DNA from: Veleropilina oligotropha
Taxonomy: Eukaryota
Assembly (NCBI GenBank): GCA_048128005.1
Contig: JBEUKZ010000032.1
Location: forward strand, 434,001 to 498,000
Direction: 5' to 3'
Length of the DNA: 64,000 bases
Shown: in pieces, positions 1 to 14,025 of the stretch
How positions within the stretch are numbered: the stretch's first letter is position 1
Layout: each line of letters starts with the position of its first letter
Notes under the pieces: generated by a model
Database searches by the model: none
The model's input: only the letters and a program-made list of their open reading frames with translations
What the model was told of the DNA's origin: nothing
Translations under genes and position numbers: made by a program

Positions 1-3000
1 TTATGAGAAAACTACCATTCCAACTTTTACGAAAATTGGTACACACATTCCCACGAGTATTTGTAGGTCGTGTATGTAAGTTTCGCGACACAATATTGCA
101 AAAATATGCATTTATTAGGCACTTTTATGCATATTTGTATAAAACGTATGTCAAATAGTGCAAGCAAATAGCAATGACGTCATTACGACGTCGCTTTAGA
201 TTAATCGTCATGTGGTGACGTCATAATCGACGGGGGAGTAAAGCCATGAAGTACTTGCACTTAGCCATTGTAACGTTATAACTGTTATGAAAATTTGACG
301 GAAATAAAGAAAGGTCACGACATATTTCGAACGCGTCGTTCTTGTTTATATTTCACCCACCCATCGTCACTTCATTCGGCGATTCAATTGCTCTCCTCAG
401 CATTTCAGGAGAGTTTATTACTCCTTCAAATTATTCTATATACCATCAGTGCACTGTTATACATGCATGGCTAAACATTTTTTTCGCTACAAAAACTTAA
501 ATTGGCTCCTAATAATTGAATTTGGCTATATTCAGTTGGCTATCGATTCGAAAATGCTAGGTCAGTCCCTGCTTACCGGCCATGGCGGCTTGGTGGTTAG
601 CGCGTTGGACAAACTGGGGCTGTTAGATGCGAGTTCAACTCTTATAAATGGCCTGCATGGTTTATTCTATCATTAGAAGTAACAGAAGGGATGGCTGAAA
701 AATCATTTTCTCGCCTTACGAATGAAGATGTTAAATAGACGGATGATTGCAAAATTGTAAAGATGTGGTCGTGAAAGTAGCCAATTTCATTTTGCTTTTT
801 TAGGCAGTAAGCATGATAATAAAACAATATATATATTATTTAAATAAAATATCGATGAAGGGTTAGGATTGTAATTATAACCGTTTGAAGCACATTTTAT
901 AGTTATTGTTTATACAACGGTATGGTTCACTTCTGCAAGACTGTTTTTATACATCTTTTGTCTGCCAATACTGTGTAGCGGCTGTATTCTACCCTGTAGA
1001 CCATTGTTTGTGTATATCCTATTTGTATTTTTCAGATGTCAAGAAGTGTCAGAGCTACTATTACATGAAACATCTCGTTATCGACGGTTGGATGCTGTCC
1101 GCAAAATCTTTCACAACGCATACACAAACACGATAACACTGCGCTATGTACCGGAGAGTGGAACTTCATTTCTTAACCAATTCGCCGAAAAAGTGGGAAT
1201 ACGACCAGGTCGAAATACAGTGGTGTAAATTGTATTTGTTTGATCCACTGTTTAATACGTTAATTACTAAGCGGTGTTTGTATAAATCGGTATTCATTAG
1301 TTTACCTGTCACTGACTAACAAGGACTTTGTGACACTGCGACAGGAATAATTCGGGAATTTGATAATTATCAGCGAATATCAGTTCTTGCAAATTATAAT
1401 TATAGATAGTATGTAAAAAAATGTGATAATTTTAGCAAATCTTGTGAGGAAATATTTATTGCCACAAAAATATTAGTCTGTATTTTGTGATTTTCTTGTT
1501 ATTTACCACATATTTATTTATTGGCCTTTTAATGTTTGTTTGTTTGAAGTATTGAAACTGTCATTCCACTAAAATACGAATATTTTTTATAGCACACGAT
1601 AGCCTCGATATAACGCGGTAGATGAGGTTCAACATTTGTTGATTTTATTAGCTCAGTGTCATTTGTTTCAATACCTTCTATTTATTTATTCTGTCCGACA
1701 TGCATTCGCCGTAACCAAATTATTTTGACAGTAACTTTCGATTTTGATCTAGAGCGATCTAGATGGTGCCACATGTGAGTGACTTATGACTGCTTGTCTA
1801 GTTTGTATTGTTGTGCATCCGAGATAAGCTAATGTCACTTGTTACACACTAAAATATGAAACAAATTAAATTTAAACAGGAATTTACAAATTTATTTAAA
1901 TCCCTAGTAATTTGTCATTATGATTTTCTGTAAAAATACATTAATTAATGCACACAGAATTATATTCTACACTAAATTATATTAAATTTGAGGATGTAAC
2001 TGGGGATTTAGACAAAATGAGGGACAAGTTAAATTTGACTATCACACATTGTGACAAGAGTTATATTTGTGGCTATTGTTACTGTCGAGAGTTGAATATA
2101 GAACACGAAAGGTATTTAAACATAATTGGGCGTGTAGTGGGGGCTTTACGAAAATGACGAATTTGCGAATGAAATAAAGAAAATGTTCCAACTTCAATTG
2201 ACAGTGCATCCACTGTGCAAGTACAGTTAAGGAAGTAGCGTTATGGACACACTTAAATTAATTGGATTGCATTTTATTGCACTATAACAAATAATAAACA
2301 TTTGCATCAGTGCTAGATAACATATCAATTGTCGACCCCAAAACTAATTCTTAATATGGACAATTGTAATCTATTTGTCACTTCGTGAGTTTATAACCAA
2401 ATCAATGCTGTACCAAGGCGCATTATGTCGAGGCTGTTGTGTATAACTTTCTATTGAAACAAGCAATGTTGGATGTTACCTGGAATAAATGGTACTATTC
2501 ATGCTATCTAAAACTTGTTTATTAGAAATTATTAGTGATAATTTCACTGAAATAAAATATGTCATCAAAGACAGAAATGGAAACGCTACCTGTTTAACTG
2601 CATAGAAATGATTAGTGACCCTATACTGGTTTATGGGACATAAAAAATTCATAATTTATATAAATGACTGTCCGAACAAAAGCAATGAAATTAGATAATC
2701 ATATTACTTACTTTCATTAAAATGAAGTCATGTTTGCTACTAAAATAATGTTTTACAGTATATGTTAGTTTTTCTACTTTTTAGAATTTGAACGAGTCGC
2801 TTTGCTGTCATCATGATTGATAGTATGAGGATTTGGTTTGACACACATCCAACTCTTGTTTGTCAATGTTTTTCTTTTAATCATGACATTAATTTGCATA
2901 TCATTAAGTGACGGTTATTAAATTATGTTTTATGGGTGGGGGGTGTGCAGCTAAGTGGTTGTGGCGGCCATGTTGGACCATAAATCCAGATACCTTCAAG

Positions 3001-4959
3001 TGTGTCATTGCATATGGTGTGAATTCCATCTACCAAGTTCTTTGATTTGTGATCAGAATTGTTAAACATATTTCATTCAGTCATCAAGTCTTCATCATAA
3101 TCATTGATAACAGTAACATTTTGTATGTACATGTATTTAACTTGTGAAGGGCTGTGAATAACGTAGGTATGTATAGCATTATGACCATAACTTATTAATA
3201 ATTTAAGTGTCTTCTTCAGATCCAATGCCAATAATTTCATATAATAAGTGTTTTGGAACTTGTTTCAAAACATTTTTCAAAACATCAAAGAATTTCTTAA
3301 GAATTTTCTTTCTACACAATAACTAAAAAAAAATATATTATTTAATGATAAAATTTAGTATACCATCTAGAAAAATGTTTGTTTATCCAGCGTCATAATT
3401 TTTCGGACTCTTGTTGAAAGCAGCAAGAACTAGCCTCTGTAAAACTATTTTTGACGCGGCATGGGGCTACCGTCTTATAGGATCTAGAAGCCAACTGGAA
3501 GTTTATGTTTACGTTATTTGGCAGCCAGTTGCTGACATCAATAGCACGATGATAAAAAGTGTTCTGTTTCTTTAAAATTATTTTAAACTTTTCTGGTTGA
3601 TATATCCTCATTTCAATTTATACTGAATTACTAGTATTGTAATGCATTTTAAGTACAAGCTTTTATTTTTAGCTCGACTATTCTAAAATAGTACGAGCTA
3701 TTGCAGTCACCCTGTCGTCGGCGTTGGCGTCAAACTTCAGGTTAACATTTTGCATGAAGGGTCGAGCATGCTGTCCTTCTGACAGCTCTTGTTATTAATA
3801 ATAGTATACACGATTCGCAAGTCGGGATAATGTTCCACGCACTACAGTATATGGGGACACCAGTTAACAAGTATTATAATTATATTACCGGTACCAGACG
3901 GTGCCATTTCGATTCCATACCGATGTCAATTTAGCTCTTCAAAATAACTCTGATGAATTTATTGTTAAATTTTGGTCGCGCAATTCTTTTGATGTCTCGG
4001 AAGCTTTATAATATACTCGGAAACTTTTGAAAGATAAGAATATGATATAATTTATAAAGAAAAGAAAATGACCATATACATGTCGTCTGCACTTAAATAT
4101 TATATACCAGTATAAACAAAAGTGTATAGTTGGCAAAGATATGCGAGGACGCGCAACTTGCAGATACACGAGGACACGCAACTGACGGAATCATTATTTT
4201 AAAGTACATATTTAACATAAATCTATTAATCATGTGGTGTTGTTAAATTATATTCAAAGAACAGTTCAACTTACCTAAAATGTCGAACTAAACATGTAAG
4301 TAATATAAATATTTTTTATTGTAAGTGCATTTTAATCTATGCCTACATGCCATTTGATTTGTTAATATCGCAATATATCATGATGATATTGTAGGAAATC
4401 TGCGATATCGCGATACAACATGACCCCCACTATAACAGCTCTATTCATCATAGTAAATGTTGACAAACGCCATGAAATCCAAGACAAAGCTCCTTTGTAG
4501 GTCCTATGAACATGTGCTGCCATCTTGTGGCCAAAATGGCATACAACCTTCCCAATATTCTTATCATCCTTCAATTTATTACTATTCCAGAATTCCTCTT
4601 AAAAAGGATTTAATCATCACTGGATATATTATTATATATATATATATATAAATGAGTGTTTATGTCAATGTCTGTTTATAGATTGAACTTTAAATTGCAT
4701 TATGATAAGGAAGGTGTATATATTTTCAATGTATATATAATGGAGAAATATAAATTATATAAAAATGTTATCAACAGTTTCATTGTGAGCATTTCTTGTC
4801 TACAAATAATGCAACTTGATCCCACCCAGTTTTGTCAAATAAAACAAAGGATCAATCGATTTCTCCAGGCCAGGGACGCGCAGTGACTTTAATTGTACGT
4901 AAGGGCGTCATTCCTAATATAAAACAAATCTCGATATGATGGCTGCCTTACATCTGTCA

Positions 4960-5830
4960 TGCCCTGAACACTGGTTTTTTATCCCCCCGGCATATAATGC
5001 GGGGGGATATAGGCATCAGCATGTTCGTGTCTCCGTCCGTCTGTCTGTAATCATTTCGTTTCTGGAGCATATCTCTTAAACCGCTTGACATATTTTTACG
5101 ACACTTGGTGGGTGTATTAAGGACATGGTGAGCGGCGATTATTAACAGAGTTATTGCCCTTGTTGTAAATTCTAATCGATATCGTTTCCAGAGCATACAC
5201 CGCTCGACATAACTTTACGAAACTTGCTGGGTGTATTAAGTAGTCGGTGAACTTGTGCCTTTTGCCACTTTTGACGTTGAGCTGCGATTATTAACAGAGT
5301 TATTGCCCTTGTTGTAAATTTGTTTATGTTATCTTTTCCGGAGCGTATCTCGTACGCTGCCAACATAACTTTACGAAACTTGCTGGGTTTTTTTAAGTAG
5401 TCGATGAACTGGTGCCATTTGCCAGTTTTGACGTTGAGCTGCGATTATTAACATAGTTATTGCCCTTGTTGTAAATTCTTTAATGTCACCTTTTCCTGAG
5501 CGTATTTCATAAACCGCTCAGCACATCTTTATGAAATTTTGTGGGTGTATTCAGTAGCTGGTGCCTTTTAGATATTTCGATGTTGTGCAGCCATTATTAA
5601 TCAAGTTATTGCTCTTGCTCTTCGTTAAAAGATATTTTCCGGAGTACGTCTCATAAACTCCTTGACTTATCTTTACGAAACTTAATTGGTGGGTGTATTT
5701 AGTAGTTGGTTAACTGGTGCCTTTTCATGATTTTGACGTGCAGTGATTTATGACAGAGTTATTGCCCTTTTCTCAAATTATATAAAATGATCTTTTACAG
5801 ACCATCTGTGCGCCAGGGGGATGATATGTC
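4960..5830. repeat. Non-autonomous (Helitron/Helentron-like) element with internal ~110 bp tandem repeats
   Basis: Recurring unit with 'ttaacagagttattgcccttgttgtaaatt' and 'ctttacgaaacttgctgggtg'; GTCC/GTCT microsatellite and a short hairpin near the left end. Confidence 0.45.
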
Positions 5831-5871
5831 ATGTTCTGATGGCTCTTGTCTATAACTAACGGTGGTATGCG

Positions 5872-6052
5872 CAAGCAGAGCTTTGAGTAAAGTCACACTT
5901 TGGGTAAAGTTTGAAAAAGTTTGCAATCAAAATGGGTTTTAATGAGTGGCAGCAATGCATTTCATTAATGGTTCAAAACCAAACACATTTCAAATCTATT
6001 TTAAACTTTACCCAAATCTTGACTTGACCCAAAAGTTCAGCTGCACATGTGG
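5872..6052. mobile_element. Small palindromic MITE
   Basis: 'tttgggtaaagtttgaaaa' near 5900 is mirrored by 'ttttaaactttacccaaa' near 6010. Confidence 0.4.
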
Positions 6053-6302
6053 CCCTAACATTTACTGTAGAGATGCTGTACGACCAGTCGAGATGACTGA
6101 GTGCTGGATGTCGTTCTTGCTATCTGCCTTGGGAAACCAGCATGCTTATGCACTTTTATGGAGCATGATTTGTGGTGTGCACATACAAGTACTACATTTT
6201 TATGGGCTGTTTCTCACACATTCAAAAGTCATTAATTTATAAGCAGCATTTTTCCCAAAAGGTATACCGAACAAGTCTACTCGTACTGAATGAAAGTCTC
6301 CC

Positions 6303-7966
6303 GGGCCGGTATTCATAAAGATACTTAAGTCTGAAAAATTGCCTAAATGCACTCCTAAGATAGGTGCTACGAACAGGTGTGATTCAATATTCTACCTATC
6401 TCAGGCAATACACCTATGTCTCGTCCTAGATTTAGAACACCGAGGCTGGCATATCTCTTAAGTGGTTTGGTTATTCTGTTCATATTGTAATAATTTCTCT
6501 CAATAAAATCGAAAGATATGGCCGTATTGGTGTTTGCGGCCCTAATGGAGGTGCATCGGAAGCGTGGAATCTATCTGGAAGGTGTTTTTCTTGACGGACT
6601 TCACCAACTTTCTGATACTTGATTTATATCAAAGCTACCCGGTCGTTTGAATCGACATATATATGATCATATTGACGACATTAACAATGAATTGGAATCA
6701 AAATACATTAAGGAGCCATGCACTTCTCAGTTGCAACGTTAGGACCTAATGCCTATCATTTCAACAAATTGCAGCTGATACCGTATAATATCTCAGTGAA
6801 GTATGTATCGAATTATTACACATAAATTATGACACCTAGGCCTAATTATGTCGAAGGAGAGTGTTGTACAGTTTCCATCGACGAACAATGTAATCCACAT
6901 ACTGAGACATTTTCTTGAGGTAATGAAAGAGGTTTGTGAAACTCACAAATGGATCGACGCAACATGAATGGCGATATATTTCCAGGACTATTATTTTATC
7001 ATTGCCCTGGCCAAGGGCGGATCCCGGATTTTGAAAAGGAGAGGGTCCAACTTTGACCAAATATACTATCAACTGTCCACGTGGGGGCGTGACCCCTCGC
7101 GGTAAAAACTTTTCACATTGCATTGTTACAGTGCAAACGTGATATTTCTTACCAACATTTGCGAACCAACTTCACTAAAATGTATGAATCAATTTTTCGT
7201 GTTTTGACAATCAATCATGCATTTCTAATTTTCATACGAGGTCCGGACCACCTAGATCCCCCATAAAATTTTGCCAATTAATGGAGTGAAACTCCCTCTC
7301 CTGCATTCTGACAGTGCAAACGCTCTATTGCCTATCAACATTTTCGTCGCTAAATAGTATGTGTAAATGTTACGTTTTTTTGACATTCAAACAGATGCGT
7401 TTCTGATTTTCAAAAGGTTGGTCCTGGACCACTTTATACCCAGAAAATTTTGACAATTTGACGGTGTGAAACCACCTCTCCTGCATTCTGACAGTGCAAT
7501 CGCGATATTTCTCATCAACAATTATGAACCATTTTCACTAAAATGTATAGGCCTAAGTAAACTATTCGTTTCTTTCACAGGATTAAGGTTAGGGTTATGG
7601 GGTCCGGACCTCCTGGACCCCCTCTGATCCGATAGGACAGTATGTGAAGAATACAATATTCAAATTTATTAACATTCTAGCTAGGTGGTCCGGCATTGAG
7701 CGGTCTAGGCATACCGACGTCTCTGTTATATTCAGGGAAAGACAATTACTGTCTACAACAAGAGAACAAAATGATTGTTCGACGCTCTTCTTGTATAGCA
7801 ACGACTTTGCGGAAGGTTTACGCAACACACTTAAGTTATTCAATACACTTAGTTATGTGTGTTGCTTATGGTCGTTTATGAATCCCAACGTAGGTGATAC
7901 ACATAGTTAGTCATGTCACATAGACTTAGGGCGTCCTAAAATACGATTCTTTATGAATACCGGCCC
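6303..7966 (+). mobile_element. Degenerate PIF/Harbinger DNA transposon with a nested MITE (~7010-7630)
   Basis: TIRs GGGCCGGTATTCATAAAGA (6303) and TCTTTATGAATACCGGCCC (ends 7966); internal remnant FINILARWSG...SVIFRE resembles the HARBI-type 'ARWPGSxHD' region. Confidence 0.65.
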
Positions 7967-8737
7967 TGATCCTCAAATCTTTGCAATTTCTCGTGAAGTG
8001 CCAGAATTAATCTTTGAATATTATGTACATGAGCCTCTCTAACCCTGCACCCAAATATTTTTTCGATGGGTTTGAAATCCGAGCTCCTTGCTCGCCATGG
8101 TTATGTTTGCATTGTATTTTGCATAATGTGGTCGATTACTGCTTTGGCACAATGATCTAGCAGTATCATCCATGAATACTGGGCAGCTCGCAAGTTTATG
8201 ATTATCAAAATGTGAAATAACTCCATCCATGGTGTCTTGCTATAGAGTCCCATGTTTTTCTTCTATCTCAGGAGGCGAGGTGGGGTCGTCGAGGAACCAT
8301 TGCTGACTTGTTAATAATAATCCACCAGTTATTCCGATCCACTGCAACTATTTGCGACCTGGTTAACGACCGACCTGTCCATTTCTACATGTTTTTTCAT
8401 CCTTTCATCTCTATGTACGCCGCCCTGACAATCGTGTGGTTTCAGTTGCTAATTCTGAAATCATATACTTGATTCTGATTATGTTTTCAGTTATGAGTTG
8501 GAGAGGATTTCCCAAGCGACCAGGCTTTCTTCCGGCGAAAATATGGACATGTCCTGCCTTGAACCTGATGGTTGTAAATATACAGGATGTTAAGCATCAA
8601 TACTTTCCTTTTCACCTGTCTGTTCCTCCGCCTCCCCCCTCTCATGGTTCCTTAAAAGGATTGTTTACGCTAGGCCTGTGGGCCATTTCAATTTTCTCTT
8701 TTTGACAATACATAATATGTAGGATAGCCTCATCTCT

Positions 8738-8980
8738 AGGGAGGGAGGAATGATGCTTAATGTCCTGTATATTTACAACATCGAGGTTGAAGGCAGGACA
8801 TGTCCGTGCTAGTGCAGGAGGAAACCCGCCCTCTTCGGCCAGTCGCGGACAACTGTGATTCATAACTTGAACAAATGTCAATGCCTCAGCCAGGTATTGA
8901 ACCCACTTTTACTGTTCGCATTAGCGGAATCAAGCCAGTGAATTTAGAGTTCTTACCCACTCCGCTGCCGAAGCGACCTC
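8738..8980 (-). mobile_element. tRNA-derived SINE, diverged copy with internal deletion
   Basis: Homologous to the copies at 29591-29850 and 48848-49110; a partial opposite-strand fragment lies at ~8520-8610. Confidence 0.75.
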
Positions 8981-8989
8981 TCTTATCTC

Positions 8990-9700
8990 TAGGGTCTGGA
9001 CTCATCGTTGGAGATTTGCAGTTAGTGTCGAGGTCTCGCAAGCGTACAGGAAGACAGAAGATGAGAGAGCGCACGAGTCTTATATTGGACTTGAGATAGA
9101 TTTTCTTGTCCCGCCACACAGTCTTGAGTCTTGTTACCACTGCTACTGTTTGCGCGAATCTAGCAAGGACTTTTTGGATTAGATCCTTCATCTGAGATGG
9201 TGGCACCCAAGTACTTATACTTGTGACGGTTTCAACCTTTTGTCCCACAAATTTTTCTTTCAATTTTATTAGCGATGTTCGTAATTAGTTTTGTCTTGTC
9301 CGAACTACTTTCCCTATGCCATATGCATCGGATATGTTGTATCAAGGCGCTCGATCGACAAGTATGCCAATTCTACTTCGCTCCCAGCCAGGCCATCCAA
9401 GTCGTCAGCAAAAAGTAGGTTGTTGATCTTCTTAAACAAATACTAACGGATCCTTCGTGCCCTTCAAGGGCGTCGGTTATCAACCTCTCCATAAAGACAT
9501 TTAATAGAGTTGGCGAGAGTAAACATCCCTGTGGAACCCTGAGTGTTTCGTAACCAGTCACCGATGTTGATTGAACAATACTGCGCTGCTTTCTTTATGG
9601 CACAAATGGTGCTTGAGGTTGGCACTGATGTTTTATCTCCTTATGGTATCCCAGAGTGCATCGTGTGATACTCTGTAAAATGCTTTTTGCATAATAACAA
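8990..9700 (-). mobile_element. RTE-clade LINE reverse-transcriptase fragment (decayed)
   Basis: Frameshifted remnants VPQGCLLSPTLLNVFMERLITDALEGHEGSVSI and TRLKTVWRDKKIYLKSNIRLVRSL. Confidence 0.7.
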
Positions 9701-11987
9701 TATATAAATTATGTATTTATAAAGCGTTACTTATCCAGCGCTTACGCTAATGCTCAAAAGCGCTATAAGTATATCATCTGTTGAAGAATCCTGCCAGTTG
9801 TATGGTATCTTGATAAGTGCTGTTGTCAGGCTGGTTTTTAAGGCATCTAGATTTGGACAGTTCCGCGTCTCCATTGACAAGCTGTTCAATGACAGCGCTG
9901 ACATTTTGAAAGCTTCGATCAACGTACATCTTTTTCTTCGTTGCTATAGGACCGCAAGCTGTAGTCGATCTGCAGATCGTAATGGTAGACAGGATTATAG
10001 AGCTCCGTTAATTCTTGGAGATACAAAGTTGCCTGGTGGTGCACAATTGCTCTTGCATTGGGGTGCGCGTAATACGTCTTGCAGCAGTGTTTGTAGTTCT
10101 TGCATAGTTGCAGGTTTCCTATCTTGAACAGGAAATGTGTCCACGTTGTCGGCCATGACCTGTCTGCCAGATCCTGTTACAATTTTGTGAGGATGTCTCC
10201 TCCTACCTGGACCAGCTCCGCCTATTTTCCCTCTTCAGTGACTTCACTGATGGTTACACTTATCCACGAGTGATCGACCGCTTGGTGGGGACAATGGCTC
10301 CATATCTTCATGCTCCCATTATCGGCAGCCTCGTACAGTTCAGAGCAGAATGTGGGTCAAGTACAGTCCAGGGTACTGTCCCAAGATCCCGCTTACATTA
10401 ATACGGGATGTAATAACAGGTCATAAAGGGTCCACCACCAAAAATTGTCGATGTGCATATACCAGGCCTCTGCACCTCCATACCATCAACAGTGTGCAAC
10501 ATGAACTGCCTCTCACCAGATAATTGTACTCTCCCCCATGTTCCAGCGAGCTCTGGTGTCGCACCACCTTCGACGATACCGTTCACTCTGTCATTAGATG
10601 ACATATGATTGGTCTGTGAACAAATAAACAGATACAATTAGCATACCCTCTCTTCTATAGGGACGATTGTAATGACAGCCATGCGCATATAGATTCACTT
10701 CAAATGTATGCAATATTCTCTCGGTTCTTTGCTCAAGTGACAACAAAGCATCCTGTGTTTCCAAAAAGATCGTGGACAGTGAACGCGTGGGTCTTTTAAA
10801 AGCTCCAAACACGCATCATAATCATCCAGTCTTGTTCATATACCGTCCACGACCTTTGTCCTTTTTAACACACAAACATTCGTATATTTGGATGCTACTA
10901 TTACATCTACATTCCACTACCATTTATATGTTCATACTGCTGGTATAACTGATTTGTGTGGTTTGTCTTCTGTTGACCGAGTTGATATCAACACGCAATG
11001 CCTTCCATTTTTGGGATGTCGCTCTGTGCCTCAGGTTCGAAACCTTCCGGGGGGATTTTTCGCTTGAGTTTTTGGTATCAAACTCCGATCAATTTTTATA
11101 ACGATTCGTTTCCGTCGGCGGTCGTAATGACGATTCCAAGTTCACTTGTTTAATCTAACCAGGAGTCCTATCAACATAGAATAATGAAAAGAAGGTTGTC
11201 CCGCAGTGACGTATTTCCTTTAGAACAGTGAGTAACAATTATTTTCTGCCGCGACAACACGATCTGATAAGAAATTCTTCAATATTTTCGTTTGCATCAT
11301 GTTAGACGTTCATGACAAAGTTCGTTGTGGTCCTATACGTGTAATAAGATTTTAAAGCATCGTATATGTTGCATTGTTAGTAATGTAAGGTATTCTCGAT
11401 CTTCTTTAAATCGTCTGATTCTAAGTGATGTTACAAAAGGGATCCTTTGATAAATTAGAGGGTATAGGGCTTTAAACATGTCAATTAAGTATATATGATG
11501 GATATCTGAAAATGGAGAGCATGTGCCGATTTACGTATAGGAACGGGAAAAGGTGATCATTTTCAAAAGACGCATCTTCAAGGTTATCAAACTATCTGAT
11601 AATACATACTGAAAAATTGAATATCGAAGTGTATCTATCTTTGACAAAAAGGGTAATCCTCTCATCTTAACTGCCACATAATCTCTATGGATGCATATAA
11701 CCCGTTTTTATAACAATTAGGATTGCAACAGAGCATTTAATATAAGCATTACACTCTGACATTGTTATTTGCCAAGTTTAGATTTGCTTAAATGTTAAAA
11801 ATTCAGGATAACTCCTGTAAGTAATTTGCTAACAGATTATTATAATAAAATTTAATGTATACAGCGTTCTGTATTAAAAAAATTAACATAAGGGAGACCA
11901 CCCTTTTAATCATCCAAGCATTACATTCTATATTACATATGCAATTACATGTAACTCTATCAATACCAATCTTAATATAATGGAGCT

Positions 11988-12385
11988 ATAATTGTATGCG
12001 GGCGGGCGTGTTTCAAGTTGTACTCCTCCCAGACGCTTTGACCTACGACCTTCAAACTTTGGGGGGTTAATCGGGGTCCCCCAAATAAGGTTTACCACGA
12101 AAAAAATTCGGAAAATTCGGGAAAAAAAAACAAACTTACTATAATGGACCTATAATTGTATGTGTGTGTGTGTGTTTCAAGTTGTACTCCTCCCAGACGC
12201 TTTGACCTAGGACCTTCAAACTTTGGGGGGTTAATCGGGGTCCCCCAAATAAGGTTTACCACGAAAAAAATTCGGAAAATTCGGGAAAAAAAAAAAATAT
12301 TTAAGGGAGCACTATCCAAAAAAAAAAAAAGAAAAAAAGTGGGGTGGGGGGACTTACCCGGCGAAGACGGGTACCATTGCTAGTT
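11988..12385 (+). mobile_element. Non-autonomous Helitron-like element with a ~165 bp tandem duplication
   Basis: Two copies of 'gtgtttcaagttgtactcctcccagacgctttgacc...ttcgggaaaaaaa'; ends with hairpin cccggcgaagacggg followed by CTAGT. Confidence 0.5.
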
Positions 12386-12516
12386 ATTATAATGACGCTA
12401 TATCCATGACAGTATTTCAAATTATCAATAATATATCTTCAACCGAATCAAGGTTAATATAATATTTTACTCATATATCTAGAGCCTATAACGATAATCC
12501 ATTACATAATCACATA

Positions 12517-12870
12517 TTATACGTCAATTAGTGCTTTATCCACATTTTCCCGGATTATCTGTAAAGTCAGGTCCGTTTCTTCAATGTGGGTCCGAAAGGC
12601 TGAAACACAATAACGAATGGCGAAGAGACCGTCCTCAGAAACGGACATCAGACTTATCCGGCGGTCCAGCCGATTTAATTCAAACAACTTTTCGGTCAAT
12701 CTGGTGGAACATTTCCCGGGATATTTCAACCACAACAGGACAATGGTGACATCAGGGTGTGGTCCTACTGCGACGTGGGGAATAGTCTGGAGTTCTTGAT
12801 AAAAATAATTCGCCAGATGAAGTTTTTCCTGTAAACATCTTTCCACGAACTCCAAACCAAAATCCTTAAT
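12517..12870 (-). CDS. Last coding exon of a group II pyridoxal-phosphate-dependent decarboxylase (DDC/GAD family)
   Basis: FGLEFVERCLQEKLHLANYFYQELQTIPHVAVGPHPDVTIV...AIRYCVSAFRTHIEETDLTLQII matches the C-terminal small domain of these enzymes; stop at 12517; the 5' boundary is uncertain. Confidence 0.75.
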   Translation of the reverse strand: MKDFGLEFVERCLQEKLHLANYFYQELQTIPHVAVGPHPDVTIVLLWLKYPGKCSTRLTEKLFELNRLDRRISLMSVSEDGLFAIRYCVSAFRTHIEETDLTLQIIRENVDKALIDV

Positions 12871-13134
12871 TAAAACACAGCCGCCATGTTTTCTTTGTTT
12901 AAACGCTCCATTCTCTTTCGGAAATGGAGTGCTGTTTTCTATAGCTCTCCATTATTCCGCGAACAAAAGAGCGTGAAATCAGACATCGTGCAATAAATCC
13001 AGAATGATTAATTCCAATTGAATTGACATCTCGGTTACACATTTATTACGATAACGCACATTTTGTATATATCCGTTGTTTTGTCGAAATCACTTGCAAA
13101 CAGTGGGTGAAATACCATGCTGTGATGTGATGAA

Positions 13135-13725
13135 ATGACATCTTTGTTAAATTCTGATAACGATGCTATCTCAAGCTTAAAAGAAGAAATAAAATCTGAA
13201 CTAAAGAGGGAAATGTTCAAAGAAATCAGTGATATTGCACTAGTTGTCGAAGCCCTAACGGAAGATAATTTAAAATTAAAACAAGAAATCGATTTACTTT
13301 CAAACACATCGAATAGGTCGAAAGAAAAGTGTAAGGAAAACCAGCAATACTGCAATAGAAACGAACAATACTCAAGAAAGTATAATATAAGAATTATCGG
13401 ACTGAAAGAAGGCCAAGACGAAAATACCAAGGAGATTGTCACGCAGTTCTTAAAAGAAAGTGCCAATATTAACATCAGGGACACTGATATTGTAAACACA
13501 CATCGGTTACCTACGAAACAGCGCAACGGAAACAAGCCAATCATAATCCGATTTTCCAATCCGAACATAAAAAGGGATATCATGCGATCTAAAAGACTTA
13601 TTCGTGAAAAATCAAACGTCATGTTATTCGACGAATCAATCGCCTCAGAGAGCATCCCGAGATTGAAACAGCCTGGTCTTTCAATGGTCGAATATATGCA
13701 AAGGATAAATATGATAAACAATTAG
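13135..13725 (+). CDS. LINE ORF1 (coiled coil + RRM-like), 3' end probably frameshifted
   Basis: EQYSRKYNIRIIGLKE...DIVNTHRL...KPIIIRF motifs typical of LINE ORF1. Confidence 0.75.
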   Translation: MTSLLNSDNDAISSLKEEIKSELKREMFKEISDIALVVEALTEDNLKLKQEIDLLSNTSNRSKEKCKENQQYCNRNEQYSRKYNIRIIGLKEGQDENTKEIVTQFLKESANINIRDTDIVNTHRLPTKQRNGNKPIIIRFSNPNIKRDIMRSKRLIREKSNVMLFDESIASESIPRLKQPGLSMVEYMQRINMINN

Positions 13726-14025
13726 CATTTGATATTTTCGATGACATCAATGACAAAGTAAGGGTAAGTCGCAGTCTCCACAACTCTAAATGAATTGACG
13801 AATACATGACGATGATGTTACGCTGTATATGTATGGAGGTACCGACATATCGTGTGCATTATGTATGTATATATGTGTATATATTCTATCAGAATCTTGC
13901 TTATCACCTCATCTTACTAATAAACAAATTACTGTAAATAACCCATATCATGTGAAAAAATGGATGCAAACTATTATTTATTCTTTATTATACGTAAGAT
14001 ACTCAGTTGCAATTTGTTTTACAAA

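Noticed and set aside
1036..1228. Possible terminal exon of a plus-strand host gene (ttttcAG acceptor, ~63 codons)
   Set aside because: No recognisable domain and no other exon support in the window.
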